A DNA stretch of 64,000 bases, from sequence record NC_047995.1; one strand, written 5' to 3'. The translations under genes were made by a program, and so were the position numbers. This document shows, piece after piece, positions 1 through 9,658 of the stretch (position 1 is its first letter; each line of letters starts with the position of its first letter). Below the pieces are notes generated by a model that saw only the letters and a list, made by a program, of their open reading frames with translations, was not told the DNA's origin and made no database searches.

Positions 1-2
1 GT

Positions 3-182
3 TAGGCCCATCTTCGCTTTCTTGAAGATGATGATATCGGTGGCGTCCACCTGCAATGCCTGTTCCACTTTCGACTGCACAACCTTCTGCACCGAGTCGA
101 GGCGTTGCTGGACACGTTCCGTTTCGTAAGTCTTATGGCGGTCGTAAGCATTCCGAGGGCGTCCTCGTTCAATCCAGCTCAT
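3..182 (-). CDS. Hypothetical protein, N-terminal part (runs off window start)
   Basis: ATG at 182-180 on minus strand with GAGGAG RBS (190-195); frame open to the edge (MSWIERGRPRNAY...); missing from ORF track. Confidence 0.75.
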   Translation of the reverse strand, partial: MSWIERGRPRNAYDRHKTYETERVQQRLDSVQKVVQSKVEQALQVDATDIIIFKKAKMGL

Positions 183-280
183 AATCGTTCTCCTCTGTGT
201 GGTTTAAATTAGTGTGGAGAATTTAGGACCTTGACCCTAGTAAATACTTATTTAGAGTACGTTAAAACACGGAGCCTTTT

Positions 281-829
281 ATGCGTATTCTTTCAGGCGA
301 CCCGGGCAAGGTTAACTTTGCGTTGGCTGTTCAGGAGTTCAAGGACAAACGCATTACCGTGTTAGGGACGCGGATGTTTCAACATCCTATCCAGAATCTG
401 CACCACGACATGCGACAGCCCACCAAGGAGTTCTTGGCTGAGTTAGAGCTGATGTGGAAGCTATACGGACCATTCGACGCGATGTGCTTCGAGCGCTTTC
501 AGTCGCGTGGTCTAGGTGGTAACACCATTGAAGCAATCAGTCTGATGCTTGGTGTCATATCGTTCTTTGCTCTCAAAAAGAAATGCCCGCTCGATTTGAT
601 TACGGCGAGCCAGTGGAAGAACGCGTTCAACCGTACAATGGACCTCAAGGGTTATTACGCACAACATAACCTGACGTCCAAAAAGAGTCGCAAAGCGATT
701 CACGAATTTGATGCCAGCCTTATTGGCGTCTACACCTTCTACCGCCATTCAGGAATCAAACCATTTACTGGCTTCGCTCGCATCATTGATGTGTACGTGC
801 CTAAATTCCTGGACGCACCTGTACTGTGA
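281..829 (+). CDS. RuvC-like Holliday junction resolvase (RNase H fold)
   Basis: N-terminal ILSGDPG beta1 Asp, CFERFQ Glu, late FDA Asp; size 182 aa. Confidence 0.65.
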   Translation: MRILSGDPGKVNFALAVQEFKDKRITVLGTRMFQHPIQNLHHDMRQPTKEFLAELELMWKLYGPFDAMCFERFQSRGLGGNTIEAISLMLGVISFFALKKKCPLDLITASQWKNAFNRTMDLKGYYAQHNLTSKKSRKAIHEFDASLIGVYTFYRHSGIKPFTGFARIIDVYVPKFLDAPVL

Positions 830-835
830 GGACAT

Positions 836-1201
836 ATGGAAAAGATTGAATTGTTACGCGTAGTGAAAGAGATTCTCAGCGCGTATGGCAAGGTTGAGTT
901 TCTGGATCAAGGCCAAGTTGGCGTGAATACAGAACACCGCGCAACTTATGAAACGTTAATCACTGTGGTATCGGACAGCGACACAACTTTCCCAGAAGCG
1001 GATTTCCGCGCTAAGATTGCAGCGCAGATTGACGAATACCGTGTGGTGGGATTCAAGCGCACCTACAACGAACAGACCAGAGAGTTCGTTCTGCAACTGA
1101 CCGACCCTGTGTTCACCTACCGTGACCCTTCGGTATGCGATGCAAACGGCAAAACTCTGTACTCAATTTCCGTTGGTTTCCCGTTCGTGTCCACCAATTA
1201 A
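836..1201 (+). CDS. Hypothetical protein
   Basis: GAGG RBS, 121 aa ORF directly after resolvase. Confidence 0.7.
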   Translation: MEKIELLRVVKEILSAYGKVEFLDQGQVGVNTEHRATYETLITVVSDSDTTFPEADFRAKIAAQIDEYRVVGFKRTYNEQTREFVLQLTDPVFTYRDPSVCDANGKTLYSISVGFPFVSTN

Positions 1202-1210
1202 TCTGTAAAT
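1200..1210 (+). promoter_or_regulatory. AATCTGTAAAT motif (candidate phage-sigma promoter)
   Basis: 11-mer identical to 5580-5590(-), 12454-12464 and 18703-18713; starts in the stop codon, 37 nt before next ATG. Confidence 0.55.
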
Positions 1211-1247
1211 ATCCTTACTAGGTTAATGTGCGTGTGGGATATTGAAA

Positions 1248-1928
1248 ATGGCGAAGTTAAAGAAAGAACGAGCGACCGCAGTATCGAAAAAGAAGGCTGT
1301 CGTCAAAACAAAGAAAGCGAAAGTACAAGCAATTCCTGTTCGTGTCGTGCAGGACACACGGCCGATCATCAACTGTCCTGAGATGGAAGAGAAGCCTCAA
1401 CCGTTTCGCTTTCGTGGCCAGTGCCCAATCGTTACCTGTCAGTATTGCACACGCGAAACCCCGACAGGCTGCATGGCGCTTGACCGCAAAGAGTCTGCTG
1501 ACCGTTCAATCTCTAACAAGGAGATCGCTTATTACAAACGTGGCCTCTTCCCAGAACTCAAAGAGATGGATCAAAAGCAGTTGGACAACACGATTCGACG
1601 CGCACAGAATCGTACCCGCACTGCTATCTGTCTTACTATGTTTATTGCCGGGATCGATGATTCTGATTGTGACCGCTCTTTTGCGTATGTAGAAGGACGG
1701 TCCCGCATTGTCGATCAGGTCCACAACTATTTGATTCAGACGTTCAACGACTACCGTCCGTGGATGCTTGCGTATCTTGACGACGAAGAACGATTCAATC
1801 AGATGGTTGGCAAAATAACCAATTCCGACTTTAATTTAGGTATGGCACTGCGCTTGACGCCTCGTAAGTATCAGACGTTCTGCCAGTCGCTACAAAACCT
1901 TAAAAATTCTGGAGACTCTCATGAGTAA
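1248..1928 (+). CDS. Hypothetical protein, Lys-rich N-terminus, Cys cluster
   Basis: ORF track 1242-1928; CPIVTCQYC...C motif. Confidence 0.7.
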   Translation: MAKLKKERATAVSKKKAVVKTKKAKVQAIPVRVVQDTRPIINCPEMEEKPQPFRFRGQCPIVTCQYCTRETPTGCMALDRKESADRSISNKEIAYYKRGLFPELKEMDQKQLDNTIRRAQNRTRTAICLTMFIAGIDDSDCDRSFAYVEGRSRIVDQVHNYLIQTFNDYRPWMLAYLDDEERFNQMVGKITNSDFNLGMALRLTPRKYQTFCQSLQNLKNSGDSHE

Positions 1929-3693
1929 CTTTATTACCCTCGATCAGTATCGCGCTATTCTCAAGCGCAACATTCTGAAAGAGCCTCAGATGCTTGTCAT
2001 CAACCAGACTCAACCTCTGGGTCAGATCTTCTTCCAATGCCCTGGCGATAACTTTGCGATGAAGGATATCATTGTCCCTGCATCTAAAAACGCTATCGAC
2101 CTGACTCAGCAAGCGCCTCTGGAAAATCTGCTGGCGTGTAGCCAACTGAAAGCGCTGCTGCAAACGCAACGTCTGATGCTGCTGAACCCAGAAGAAATGC
2201 CAACGCCGGGTGAAGGCATTCAGATGCCTCAGTTGAACACTCCGCCTGTTGCCGGTGCAATCTCTGTTGACGGCGTGACTATCCCGAACGCAATCGTGAT
2301 CGTTGAGCAGAACGGTAACGTGTGGACCGGCGCGTCTAACGGCAGCGGTGTGTTCACTGTGGACATGTCTGGCCTTGAAGAAGGTGTGTTCTCTATCACT
2401 GTAACTGCTGATGGTTTCGTACCTGCGCGTTACAACTTCACTGCCGGTGCACAGCCTCTGCAACCGATGCCAGTTCCTACTGTACACGCTGTCTTTAAAG
2501 AGACAACTGTATCGGGAACCACTGTTGCGAATGCTAATATCATCGTATCGGTGCAGAGCAAAGAGTTCACTGGTCAGGCTGATGATCAGGGTGCGTTTAG
2601 CATTAACGTTGACCCACTGCCGTTTGACATTATCCACCTGACGATCACTGCTGCTGGTTATCTGGATAACGTTGTCAATCACATGGTTGATTCAGTTCCT
2701 GGTCTGGCTCAGATTAACAGCGCTCCGTTCTTGACTACTGCATTGGCAGGTAAAGCAAGTCCAGAAGCTGAAATCGAAATCCTGATCACTGGTCAGTCTA
2801 ACCAGTTCGTTACCGCTGCTGCGAACGGCGACTGGTCTGCTGTTGTTGGCGCTGTTAAAGGTGAAGTCTCTATTCGTGTGCTGGAAAAAGACGGCTACGA
2901 TGAAGCGACTGCTACCATGCAGCCTACTAAACTGCCTGCACCTGTGTTGGCCGTTGATGATGCTGATAACATCGGTGAGAATCAGACAGTATTCGGTGGC
3001 GCAATCACTGGCCTGAGCGCAGAAGCAAACGACGTAGCGGTGACGCTGACTGTTCAAGCTGGTCTGTACGAAGGTACTGTTGATCTGCAATCAAGTCACT
3101 GGTCTGTGACTGGTGTTGATGCGAAAGCGGGTGTGGGTTCTGTAGGTGTTGTTAGCTTGACTTCGGCCTTCTATGAAGAGGCCTCTGTCCAGTTCAACAT
3201 TCTGGAAGAGTTCGCCCAGCCTACGCTGCAACAAGCGCAAGACGGTCAAACTGCTGTGGTAGGTGACACCGTAGCTTCTGCTACTGTTAAGATCACGATG
3301 GGTGGTGAGACTAAAACTGCTTCTTCAAATCCTCAGGGCGCGTTCAGCGTTGATGGATTTACCAACGTTGTCCCTGGCTCAATTCACATTGAACTGTCTC
3401 GCAACGGCTATCTGCCTGCCGTGTTCGATGTGACGCTGGTGGTTCAGGCGTTGGGTCAATTGGACCATGAGCTGGCTGTCGGGGAAGACACAGCGACTGG
3501 TCACGCTACACCAGGGTCTACTGTTACATTGACTCAGGGTAGCATTACTGGTGACGCTGTTGCTGACGCATCTACTGGCGAATTTATCATTAGCCTGTCC
3601 AGCCCACTCGTGGCAGACACTCAGGTAGAGCTGAAAGTAGAACACGCGAACTACGTGACGTACACTGAAACCTTAGTTGTTTCTAATCCTTAA
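1921..3693 (+). CDS. Virion surface/decoration protein with about six Ig-like repeats
   Basis: Six beta-rich repeats of form G.T...A.I.....G.A...G.F.+.....+.+...GY; N-terminal ~90 aa homologous to next gene. Confidence 0.7.
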   Translation: MSNFITLDQYRAILKRNILKEPQMLVINQTQPLGQIFFQCPGDNFAMKDIIVPASKNAIDLTQQAPLENLLACSQLKALLQTQRLMLLNPEEMPTPGEGIQMPQLNTPPVAGAISVDGVTIPNAIVIVEQNGNVWTGASNGSGVFTVDMSGLEEGVFSITVTADGFVPARYNFTAGAQPLQPMPVPTVHAVFKETTVSGTTVANANIIVSVQSKEFTGQADDQGAFSINVDPLPFDIIHLTITAAGYLDNVVNHMVDSVPGLAQINSAPFLTTALAGKASPEAEIEILITGQSNQFVTAAANGDWSAVVGAVKGEVSIRVLEKDGYDEATATMQPTKLPAPVLAVDDADNIGENQTVFGGAITGLSAEANDVAVTLTVQAGLYEGTVDLQSSHWSVTGVDAKAGVGSVGVVSLTSAFYEEASVQFNILEEFAQPTLQQAQDGQTAVVGDTVASATVKITMGGETKTASSNPQGAFSVDGFTNVVPGSIHIELSRNGYLPAVFDVTLVVQALGQLDHELAVGEDTATGHATPGSTVTLTQGSITGDAVADASTGEFIISLSSPLVADTQVELKVEHANYVTYTETLVVSNP

Positions 3694-3701
3694 TCTTACC
3701 T

Positions 3702-3722
3702 AAGGGGCTTCGGCCCCTTGTT
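3702..3722 (+). terminator. Rho-independent terminator/hairpin
   Basis: AAGGGGC-TTCG-GCCCCTT, short T tail. Confidence 0.55.
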
Positions 3723-3745
3723 GAAATACAATTCGGAGAACGACC

Positions 3746-4399
3746 ATGTCAGATAAAGCAAGCACTAAGGTTCAACCTATCACGTTGACCGCCTACAACG
3801 AAAAATACGGTAACGATGTTACTGCACCGATGTACGTCGCTAACCGCACCGAGCCTCGCGGCAACGTAATGTTCAGCGCACAGGACGATATGGGACAGCC
3901 TGTTCCAGTTCTGGTGCCAGCTACCTTCATCCCTATCGACCTGACTCAGCAAGCTACCAAAGAGAGCCTGTTGAAATCTACTCACCTGCGTCGTGCGTTG
4001 AATCGTAACCAGCTGGTAATCATCGACACTGAGAGCGCAGAGCACTACCTGCGTACCAGTGCTATGGCTAAGTCCGAGATGAAGAACCTCAACAGAATGG
4101 GCAGCGCTATTGCGGCCGATCTGGAAGAGCACACCGGCAACCTGGCTCAGATTGATCTGGGAGGCAACAGCCGCCGTCACGTTCAATTTGAAGGTGGTAC
4201 TCAGTATTCTGAAAACCAGTTCGTTAACGCATTCATCGTTCGTGCTGCGGAAGACAGCGAAGAATCTGACGACAACCTGCAACGTGAATTCCTGTCTCGC
4301 GGTATTAACCTGCCTGTGTCGGAACTGCAAATCCTGCGTCAGCACGTTAAGCGCCCTGTCATTGTTGACCTGATCGTTCAGGCACTTGACGACGCGTAA
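3746..4399 (+). CDS. Hypothetical (probable virion) protein sharing N-domain with the Ig-repeat protein
   Basis: Shared ITL..Y/N.T.P.G/VPA..IDLTQQA..E.LL; 22-bp identical DNA at 2093-2114 and 3933-3954. Confidence 0.75.
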   Translation: MSDKASTKVQPITLTAYNEKYGNDVTAPMYVANRTEPRGNVMFSAQDDMGQPVPVLVPATFIPIDLTQQATKESLLKSTHLRRALNRNQLVIIDTESAEHYLRTSAMAKSEMKNLNRMGSAIAADLEEHTGNLAQIDLGGNSRRHVQFEGGTQYSENQFVNAFIVRAAEDSEESDDNLQREFLSRGINLPVSELQILRQHVKRPVIVDLIVQALDDA

Positions 4400-4415
4400 T
4401 CCAACGGCTACAGAC

Positions 4416-4455
4416 AAAAAAAAATGGGAGGCCCCGAAAGGAGTCTCCCATTTTT
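4416..4455. terminator. Bidirectional rho-independent terminator
   Basis: A9-TGGGAG..GAAA..CTCCCA-T5 between convergent genes. Confidence 0.85.
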
Positions 4456-4456
4456 G

Positions 4457-5539
4457 TTAGCGCAGAGCTTTTTGTGTCTTAGGTATTTTAAGTTTCTTTA
4501 CCTCTACCGTCCTGTTCCAACCTAAGTCTTTCGCAGGCATGATGCACTTCTTACCGTGAAGATCTTTCAACGTTATTCGCACTTCTTTGATCAACTTCAT
4601 CGGAGCGTTGTCCGGGTCGAGCTTAATCAGTTTACCTTCGGCGTCAAACTCACGCGGTAGCTTGAAGTGTTTAACTGGCACTGGCGAGTTCTTTTCAAAC
4701 TCCGCCTTGATCTTATTGCGCAGCAACTTCCCACCACCATCGTTATCCGTCATTGTGTAGACGACACTCACACCAAGCATCTCAAGCGTTCTGCGTTTCG
4801 TTTCACCGAACTGCTCTGCACCTAATACCGCGAGAGCTGGTATGCCGTATGACAGTAACGCCAGAGCGTCACGAGGGCCTTCAACAAGGATGATGTAGCG
4901 CAACTTGTATTTCTTCAAACACTCTTTCACAAGCGTTAACGGGAACAGGCCTTTGTCCTTTGCCCAATCACCTTGCGAGTTCACATAGCTGGTGCCGTTC
5001 ATTTGCTTGCGCAGATATGCAGCGATACCACCTATGTATTTCGAACCATGCTTGCACGGGAAGAAGCACACTGGCGTACCTGTACGTTGTGCGTTCATCA
5101 ACCCACCAGCAGCGCGAACGAGAGTTCCAGGGTAACCGCGCCACTCAACATCTTCGGGCCAGTCCATGTAGCTGTTACGACCAAGCGCTTTCATCAACAA
5201 ACTAACTGATGGGTATGTGCCAATCTTATTACCGATTTGCTCATACGTTTTGAACAGCGCACTCAGGCTATTCGTGTTAGCGTCTTTGAGCGCCCAGCCT
5301 TTGATCTCTTGGAGATGTGCGTGAGCCGCTAACTTGTTCCACATTCCCTTCTCACCGCAACCAAAACAATGGAATGCGCCGAGAGGAATGTCCATGCCAA
5401 CAGAAGTGTAAATACCACAACTAGGAGTCTTGTCGCTGTGGAAAGGACAGCATACCATGATGGTATCGCCGTTGTACTTCTTATCGCCCGGCAGTTTGCC
5501 TATCTCGTCGAGAATTATCTGATGAACATCTTCTGCCAT
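4457..5539 (-). CDS. DNA primase (DnaG-type: Zn ribbon + TOPRIM)
   Basis: CPFHSDKTPS...CFGC zinc ribbon; VEGPRDALAL and DNDGGG TOPRIM motifs. Confidence 0.9.
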   Translation of the reverse strand: MAEDVHQIILDEIGKLPGDKKYNGDTIMVCCPFHSDKTPSCGIYTSVGMDIPLGAFHCFGCGEKGMWNKLAAHAHLQEIKGWALKDANTNSLSALFKTYEQIGNKIGTYPSVSLLMKALGRNSYMDWPEDVEWRGYPGTLVRAAGGLMNAQRTGTPVCFFPCKHGSKYIGGIAAYLRKQMNGTSYVNSQGDWAKDKGLFPLTLVKECLKKYKLRYIILVEGPRDALALLSYGIPALAVLGAEQFGETKRRTLEMLGVSVVYTMTDNDGGGKLLRNKIKAEFEKNSPVPVKHFKLPREFDAEGKLIKLDPDNAPMKLIKEVRITLKDLHGKKCIMPAKDLGWNRTVEVKKLKIPKTQKALR

Positions 5540-5579
5540 ACCATCCTCTATTCGTTTCGTAATTTGAGCATATAAGCAT

Positions 5580-5590
5580 ATTTACAGATT
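5580..5590 (-). promoter_or_regulatory. AATCTGTAAAT motif upstream of primase
   Basis: Reverse-strand copy 40 nt before primase ATG; orientation follows the gene. Confidence 0.6.
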
Positions 5591-5602
5591 AAGGACACTA
5601 GA

Positions 5603-5935
5603 ATGGGTAATACGCATCGCTACGTGCATACGGCAGAGCGCCGTTTCTACGGAAAACAATGGATTACTCTTTGCGACCTGATTCGTGTTGAACCTCAGAC
5701 GCTCGGTGCGTTCGACAAACAGGGCGATATGATTGGCCTGTCACTCCCACGTGATTTTGATGTGGACAGCGCTACAAAGAGCCTGCGCCAGATGTACACA
5801 ACGACCGACGAGAACGTAGAAGTACGCTGTTACCTGCTTGGTACTCGCTACTATAAATTCGTATTCTTCGAGCAAACAATTGCCGTCAGCGAGGACACCC
5901 ATGAGAACGTTAGCAAACATACCAGCGCGGGCTAA
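5603..5935 (+). CDS. Hypothetical protein
   Basis: AAGGA RBS, 110 aa. Confidence 0.7.
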   Translation: MGNTHRYVHTAERRFYGKQWITLCDLIRVEPQTLGAFDKQGDMIGLSLPRDFDVDSATKSLRQMYTTTDENVEVRCYLLGTRYYKFVFFEQTIAVSEDTHENVSKHTSAG

Positions 5936-6986
5936 TGACACGCGCAACCTGTCTCGCATCGGTAAAATGATTGACGCTGCCCTTGACGTAAAGAATCAAG
6001 AGAAGCGTTGGCCGAAGAAGCGCGTCAGCCCGTCGATGTTCCCTATCTGCCCTATTCAGGAGGCAGCCAAACTTATTTACCAGAAGCATAACAACTGCAT
6101 GACGGGAGAGTCAGGTACGTTGCTGAACATCTTTGCGAAAGCAGGGACAGGGATGCACGAATCATTGCAGAATGCTCTGGGTCACAGCGGTCAGATGGTT
6201 GGCCACTGGAAATGTACGAACGACAAATGCGTTGAGTTCCCCAAGACCAAAGGGAAGATGGTCGATGGTGAGTACGTCAAAGGCAAATACACGCGGACTC
6301 GAAGCACGAACAATCGCTGTCCATCGTGCGACAAGCCCATGGCATATGCAGAACTCAAAGTCCTGTATAAGTCATTAAAGGGATACGTCGATGGACTGAT
6401 TGATAATCTGGACGGTACGTACAGCCTGATAGATTTGAAATCGACCATGGTGACCAAAGCTGCTGACGGATCTTTCTTCGTTAAGTATCACCGCTTCCAG
6501 ATCGCTACTTACGCATACCTGCTGAAAAAGCGTTACGGCTATAACATCGTGGACTACACTCTGGTCTATGTGCCACGCGACAACCCTAAAAAGTTTGTCG
6601 AGAAGACCTTTGTCTTCGACGAGGCTGAGTCTAAGCGCGCCAAAGACTTTATGATGGAACAAATACGCGCATGGGATGCAGCGGTAAAATCGGTGCGCAC
6701 TGGTGACTTGCTGCCTGCCCTTAAGCGGAAGCCGTGCAAGAGTGCCGAGTATTATTGGGACGAGTTCCACGGATATGATGTTTGCCCTTTTGTTGACTAT
6801 TGCTTTATTCAATCACACATGATTGACTTCATGAAGAAGTTAGAGCAGCGAATCATGGCCAACCCCGAACTGACTTACATGGAAATCGTAAGCACAGGGC
6901 GGAAAACTCAACAACAAGGTCTGCTGCCGGACAAGAAGCCGAAGAATGGTCGTCCTAAGCATATCGTAAAAACATTTGAGCTATGA
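5901..6986 (+). CDS. PD-(D/E)xK Cas4/RecB-like exonuclease
   Basis: SPS...CP N-terminal Cys, G...H, GYVDGL, LIDLKS, Q...Y, C-terminal CPFVDYC; GAGGA RBS supports start at 5901. Confidence 0.8.
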   Translation: MRTLANIPARANDTRNLSRIGKMIDAALDVKNQEKRWPKKRVSPSMFPICPIQEAAKLIYQKHNNCMTGESGTLLNIFAKAGTGMHESLQNALGHSGQMVGHWKCTNDKCVEFPKTKGKMVDGEYVKGKYTRTRSTNNRCPSCDKPMAYAELKVLYKSLKGYVDGLIDNLDGTYSLIDLKSTMVTKAADGSFFVKYHRFQIATYAYLLKKRYGYNIVDYTLVYVPRDNPKKFVEKTFVFDEAESKRAKDFMMEQIRAWDAAVKSVRTGDLLPALKRKPCKSAEYYWDEFHGYDVCPFVDYCFIQSHMIDFMKKLEQRIMANPELTYMEIVSTGRKTQQQGLLPDKKPKNGRPKHIVKTFEL

Positions 6987-7393
6987 GCATACAAAAAGAC
7001 TATGAACGTTCAATGCGCCGACTTAAGGAGTCTGTCTATCGCAAAGAGCAACTCGGTTACGTTGTACCACGATGCGTTGCTGATGTTCTCGCCAAAGTAA
7101 GATCCCCGCAGCAGGTGGTGTCGAGGAAGTATTTGGTCATGCTGATGTTATTCAGTCAGACCTGTGAGGCACTCGGCTCCACGCTGGCTATGCGTGAACA
7201 GCTCGTTGTTAAGATGACTAACCTTAGTCGCAAGCATCCAACGCCAGACATTTCGCGTAAGATCAGACGCCTTGATGAACTGGTAATAAGTCAGGATAGA
7301 AACATCGAGAGCCAGCGCTTGCTTCTCGATTACAGGGGCGGCGTGTTGCTCGATATTCTCGACGGCAAAGAACCTAACTCACGATACACCTGA
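6983..7393 (+). CDS. Hypothetical protein
   Basis: ATGA overlap with upstream stop, 136 aa. Confidence 0.7.
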   Translation: MSIQKDYERSMRRLKESVYRKEQLGYVVPRCVADVLAKVRSPQQVVSRKYLVMLMLFSQTCEALGSTLAMREQLVVKMTNLSRKHPTPDISRKIRRLDELVISQDRNIESQRLLLDYRGGVLLDILDGKEPNSRYT

Positions 7394-7400
7394 GGTACTT

Positions 7401-7880
7401 ATGGAAATTTACGTTAGCTTGAGTCAAGACAGCACGGATAAGAACCGTAGCAAAGTCACAAGCCCCGAGTCAAACACAGGACGTGTTGACGTGTCAGAGT
7501 ACGCTTCCCTTGAGAAGAAACTCCGCATTACGGAAGAAGCGAAGGACAAAGAGAAGTTGGCTCAAAAGGCTGGTGGCGGTGATTCTGTAAAGGGTAAGAA
7601 AGGCGCTAAGAAAGATAGCGCAGAACCCAAGGATGACGACACTGATACGGACGAAGACCCTACATTAGATGATGAAGGTGACGCAGATGATTCAGATGAC
7701 GCTTCCGATACAGATGGAGACGACTCCGATGGAGACTCTAAAGCTAAGAAGGGTGGAAAGAAATCTGACGAGTCTGGAGCAGAGGACGACGCAGACGCAG
7801 AAGATCCTGACGCAGACGAATCCGAAGGTGATGACGGGGATGCAGATGTTGAAGGCGCTGATGACGAGGACCTCGAATAG
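7401..7880 (+). CDS. Highly acidic low-complexity protein (N-terminal MEIYVSLS)
   Basis: GAGG RBS; D/E-rich disordered C-terminal two thirds. Confidence 0.75.
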   Translation: MEIYVSLSQDSTDKNRSKVTSPESNTGRVDVSEYASLEKKLRITEEAKDKEKLAQKAGGGDSVKGKKGAKKDSAEPKDDDTDTDEDPTLDDEGDADDSDDASDTDGDDSDGDSKAKKGGKKSDESGAEDDADAEDPDADESEGDDGDADVEGADDEDLE

Positions 7881-8421
7881 CGAGCCCCTCGAAGTGCCGA
7901 AGACTCATGATGCGATGATCGAAATCCTGATCGCTATTCGCTACATGTGCACCAAGCGAATGATCTTCCCTGTTGTTGCTGCGAACATTGAACGGCGCAA
8001 TGATTATCTGGTCATGAACAAACTTACTTTCCAAATGAAGCCTGGTAAGTTCATGACTGCCGTTCAGGATAGTAACTGTGAGATAAACGTGTGTTGGCTT
8101 ATGCGAGCCTTCACACGCACTGCGCTTCACTTCGACTTGAAGCCTGTTATCGCAGAGAAGTCTGGAGAGTTCCAGCCTCTGGTTAGTCGTTTCTTCTCTC
8201 AGGAAGATTCTGACTTCGCTTACCGTCGTCATTACGACATTCGCTACATGGCCGCGCTTACCGACATTAGTAAGCCGCGCATGTACACGCTTAATGGAGT
8301 TAATTATGGCGTACAAGTCACTCGCCAAGAAACCGAAGAAGTCGAAAGCTGCGAAAGAAGCCGAGACACGGGAAAAGGCGCACAAGCAAGCTCGCCGTGG
8401 GAAGCTCGGTCAGGCTGTTAA
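7861..8421 (+). CDS. Hypothetical protein
   Basis: Track ORF 7669-8421; likely start ATG 7861 (AAGG 5 nt upstream) or 7915. Confidence 0.6.
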   Translation: MTRTSNSEPLEVPKTHDAMIEILIAIRYMCTKRMIFPVVAANIERRNDYLVMNKLTFQMKPGKFMTAVQDSNCEINVCWLMRAFTRTALHFDLKPVIAEKSGEFQPLVSRFFSQEDSDFAYRRHYDIRYMAALTDISKPRMYTLNGVNYGVQVTRQETEEVESCERSRDTGKGAQASSPWEARSGC

Positions 8422-8962
8422 GACACTTAGCAGCGCAGCCAAGAAATCCCGCCGCATGACGAAAGGTGAGAAGCGAGCAATTCAGTTGCAACCTTTCAAA
8501 CCGCAAGTCGTGCCTCAACCACCACGCACTCCGCTTATGGAGAAAGGTCTTTCATTGAACGCGTTGATCAAATCAACTCCGCGCCTGATGAAAGAGAACG
8601 CTATTGAGTGTTATGTGAATAGCGTTAAGCGTGGTAAGACAAACAAAGGTCTGCCGATCATTACTGCGAACGTCAGACACAAAGATCCACTGCGTCCTAA
8701 TAAAACAGTGCGCATTCACAAGCCGATGATTATCGGTCTGGATGACCCGTTCAAGCCTATTTCAAAACAAAAGCGTGTACTGGTCAGTTGTCCCTGCGAG
8801 AACTTCGTGTTCATGTGGGAGTATGCGAACACCGAGCACGGGTGTGCGCGAATCATTTACGGTAACGGCGAGCCGCCAGACTTCACTAACCCAGGACACG
8901 CACCTGGTCTGTGTAAGCACCTGATGGCCTTAGCCGATCAAGTCAAACGCAACGGAGACTAA
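8306..8962 (+). CDS. SWIM-type zinc finger protein
   Basis: VSCPCENF...NP...GLCKHL (CxC...CxH); GGAG RBS before 8306. Confidence 0.7.
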   Translation: MAYKSLAKKPKKSKAAKEAETREKAHKQARRGKLGQAVKTLSSAAKKSRRMTKGEKRAIQLQPFKPQVVPQPPRTPLMEKGLSLNALIKSTPRLMKENAIECYVNSVKRGKTNKGLPIITANVRHKDPLRPNKTVRIHKPMIIGLDDPFKPISKQKRVLVSCPCENFVFMWEYANTEHGCARIIYGNGEPPDFTNPGHAPGLCKHLMALADQVKRNGD

Positions 8963-8967
8963 TCCGA

Positions 8968-9249
8968 ATGTTCTTTAACAATCCTGCGCCGGGAGTAATC
9001 CCGAACTATCCGATCGTTCATTCTATTAACGAGATGCACCGTCGTGTAGCTGAACTCAATGGCGAACTGATCGCTGCTGGCTGTACCGTCGTAGAGTCTT
9101 GCGGCGAGATGCTGATTGAAGTTCCTAAGGGCGCGTCTGCGAAAGTTGACGATATCATCCAGCGCCATCAGGACATGTTCAAAGGTCCTGTAGTAAGCCA
9201 GCCTGCTTGTCTGCAAATCGGAGGTGAACATGCAGAAGCAGAAGTTTAA
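8968..9249 (+). CDS. Hypothetical protein
   Basis: GGAG RBS, 93 aa. Confidence 0.65.
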   Translation: MFFNNPAPGVIPNYPIVHSINEMHRRVAELNGELIAAGCTVVESCGEMLIEVPKGASAKVDDIIQRHQDMFKGPVVSQPACLQIGGEHAEAEV

Positions 9250-9658
9250 TCCTGAAACGCATAGCGTGTCGCTGCACTTCGGTCAGCACATCGTTCATGG
9301 TCATGCGCAGGAGAGCGTGTTCGGTGACGTGATGCAGACGCTGCTTATGCGCGAAATCGAACGCAGCACCAAAGAAGCGATGGAGCAGTTCTCTGGCATT
9401 GCTACTGCTCCGCCTACCATTGAGTGTGAAACGAAAGATACCAGTTCGATCCTGAACGCACTCAAGCAGTGGCAGGAAATCATTAACTCGCAGGAGCCAC
9501 AGAAAGAGTTCGAGCCTTGCTCAGTTCCTGACTGGATGCGCCCTAGTCTCAAAGCGAAGGGAATGACAGAGGAGGAGATCGATAAGATCTTGATCACTGG
9601 CATTGAACCTTCGTGGGAAGATAGACCTGGCGTTGTGTTCCGTACAGTCACCATCTAA
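9230..9658 (+). CDS. Hypothetical protein
   Basis: GGAGG RBS before ATG 9230. Confidence 0.7.
   Translation: MQKQKFNPETHSVSLHFGQHIVHGHAQESVFGDVMQTLLMREIERSTKEAMEQFSGIATAPPTIECETKDTSSILNALKQWQEIINSQEPQKEFEPCSVPDWMRPSLKAKGMTEEEIDKILITGIEPSWEDRPGVVFRTVTI

Noticed and set aside
7669-7880. Programmed +1 frameshift fusing the acidic 7401 protein to the 7669 frame
   Set aside because: No slippery site seen; the open alternative frame is expected from GAY/GAR repeats, and ATG 7861 has a usable RBS
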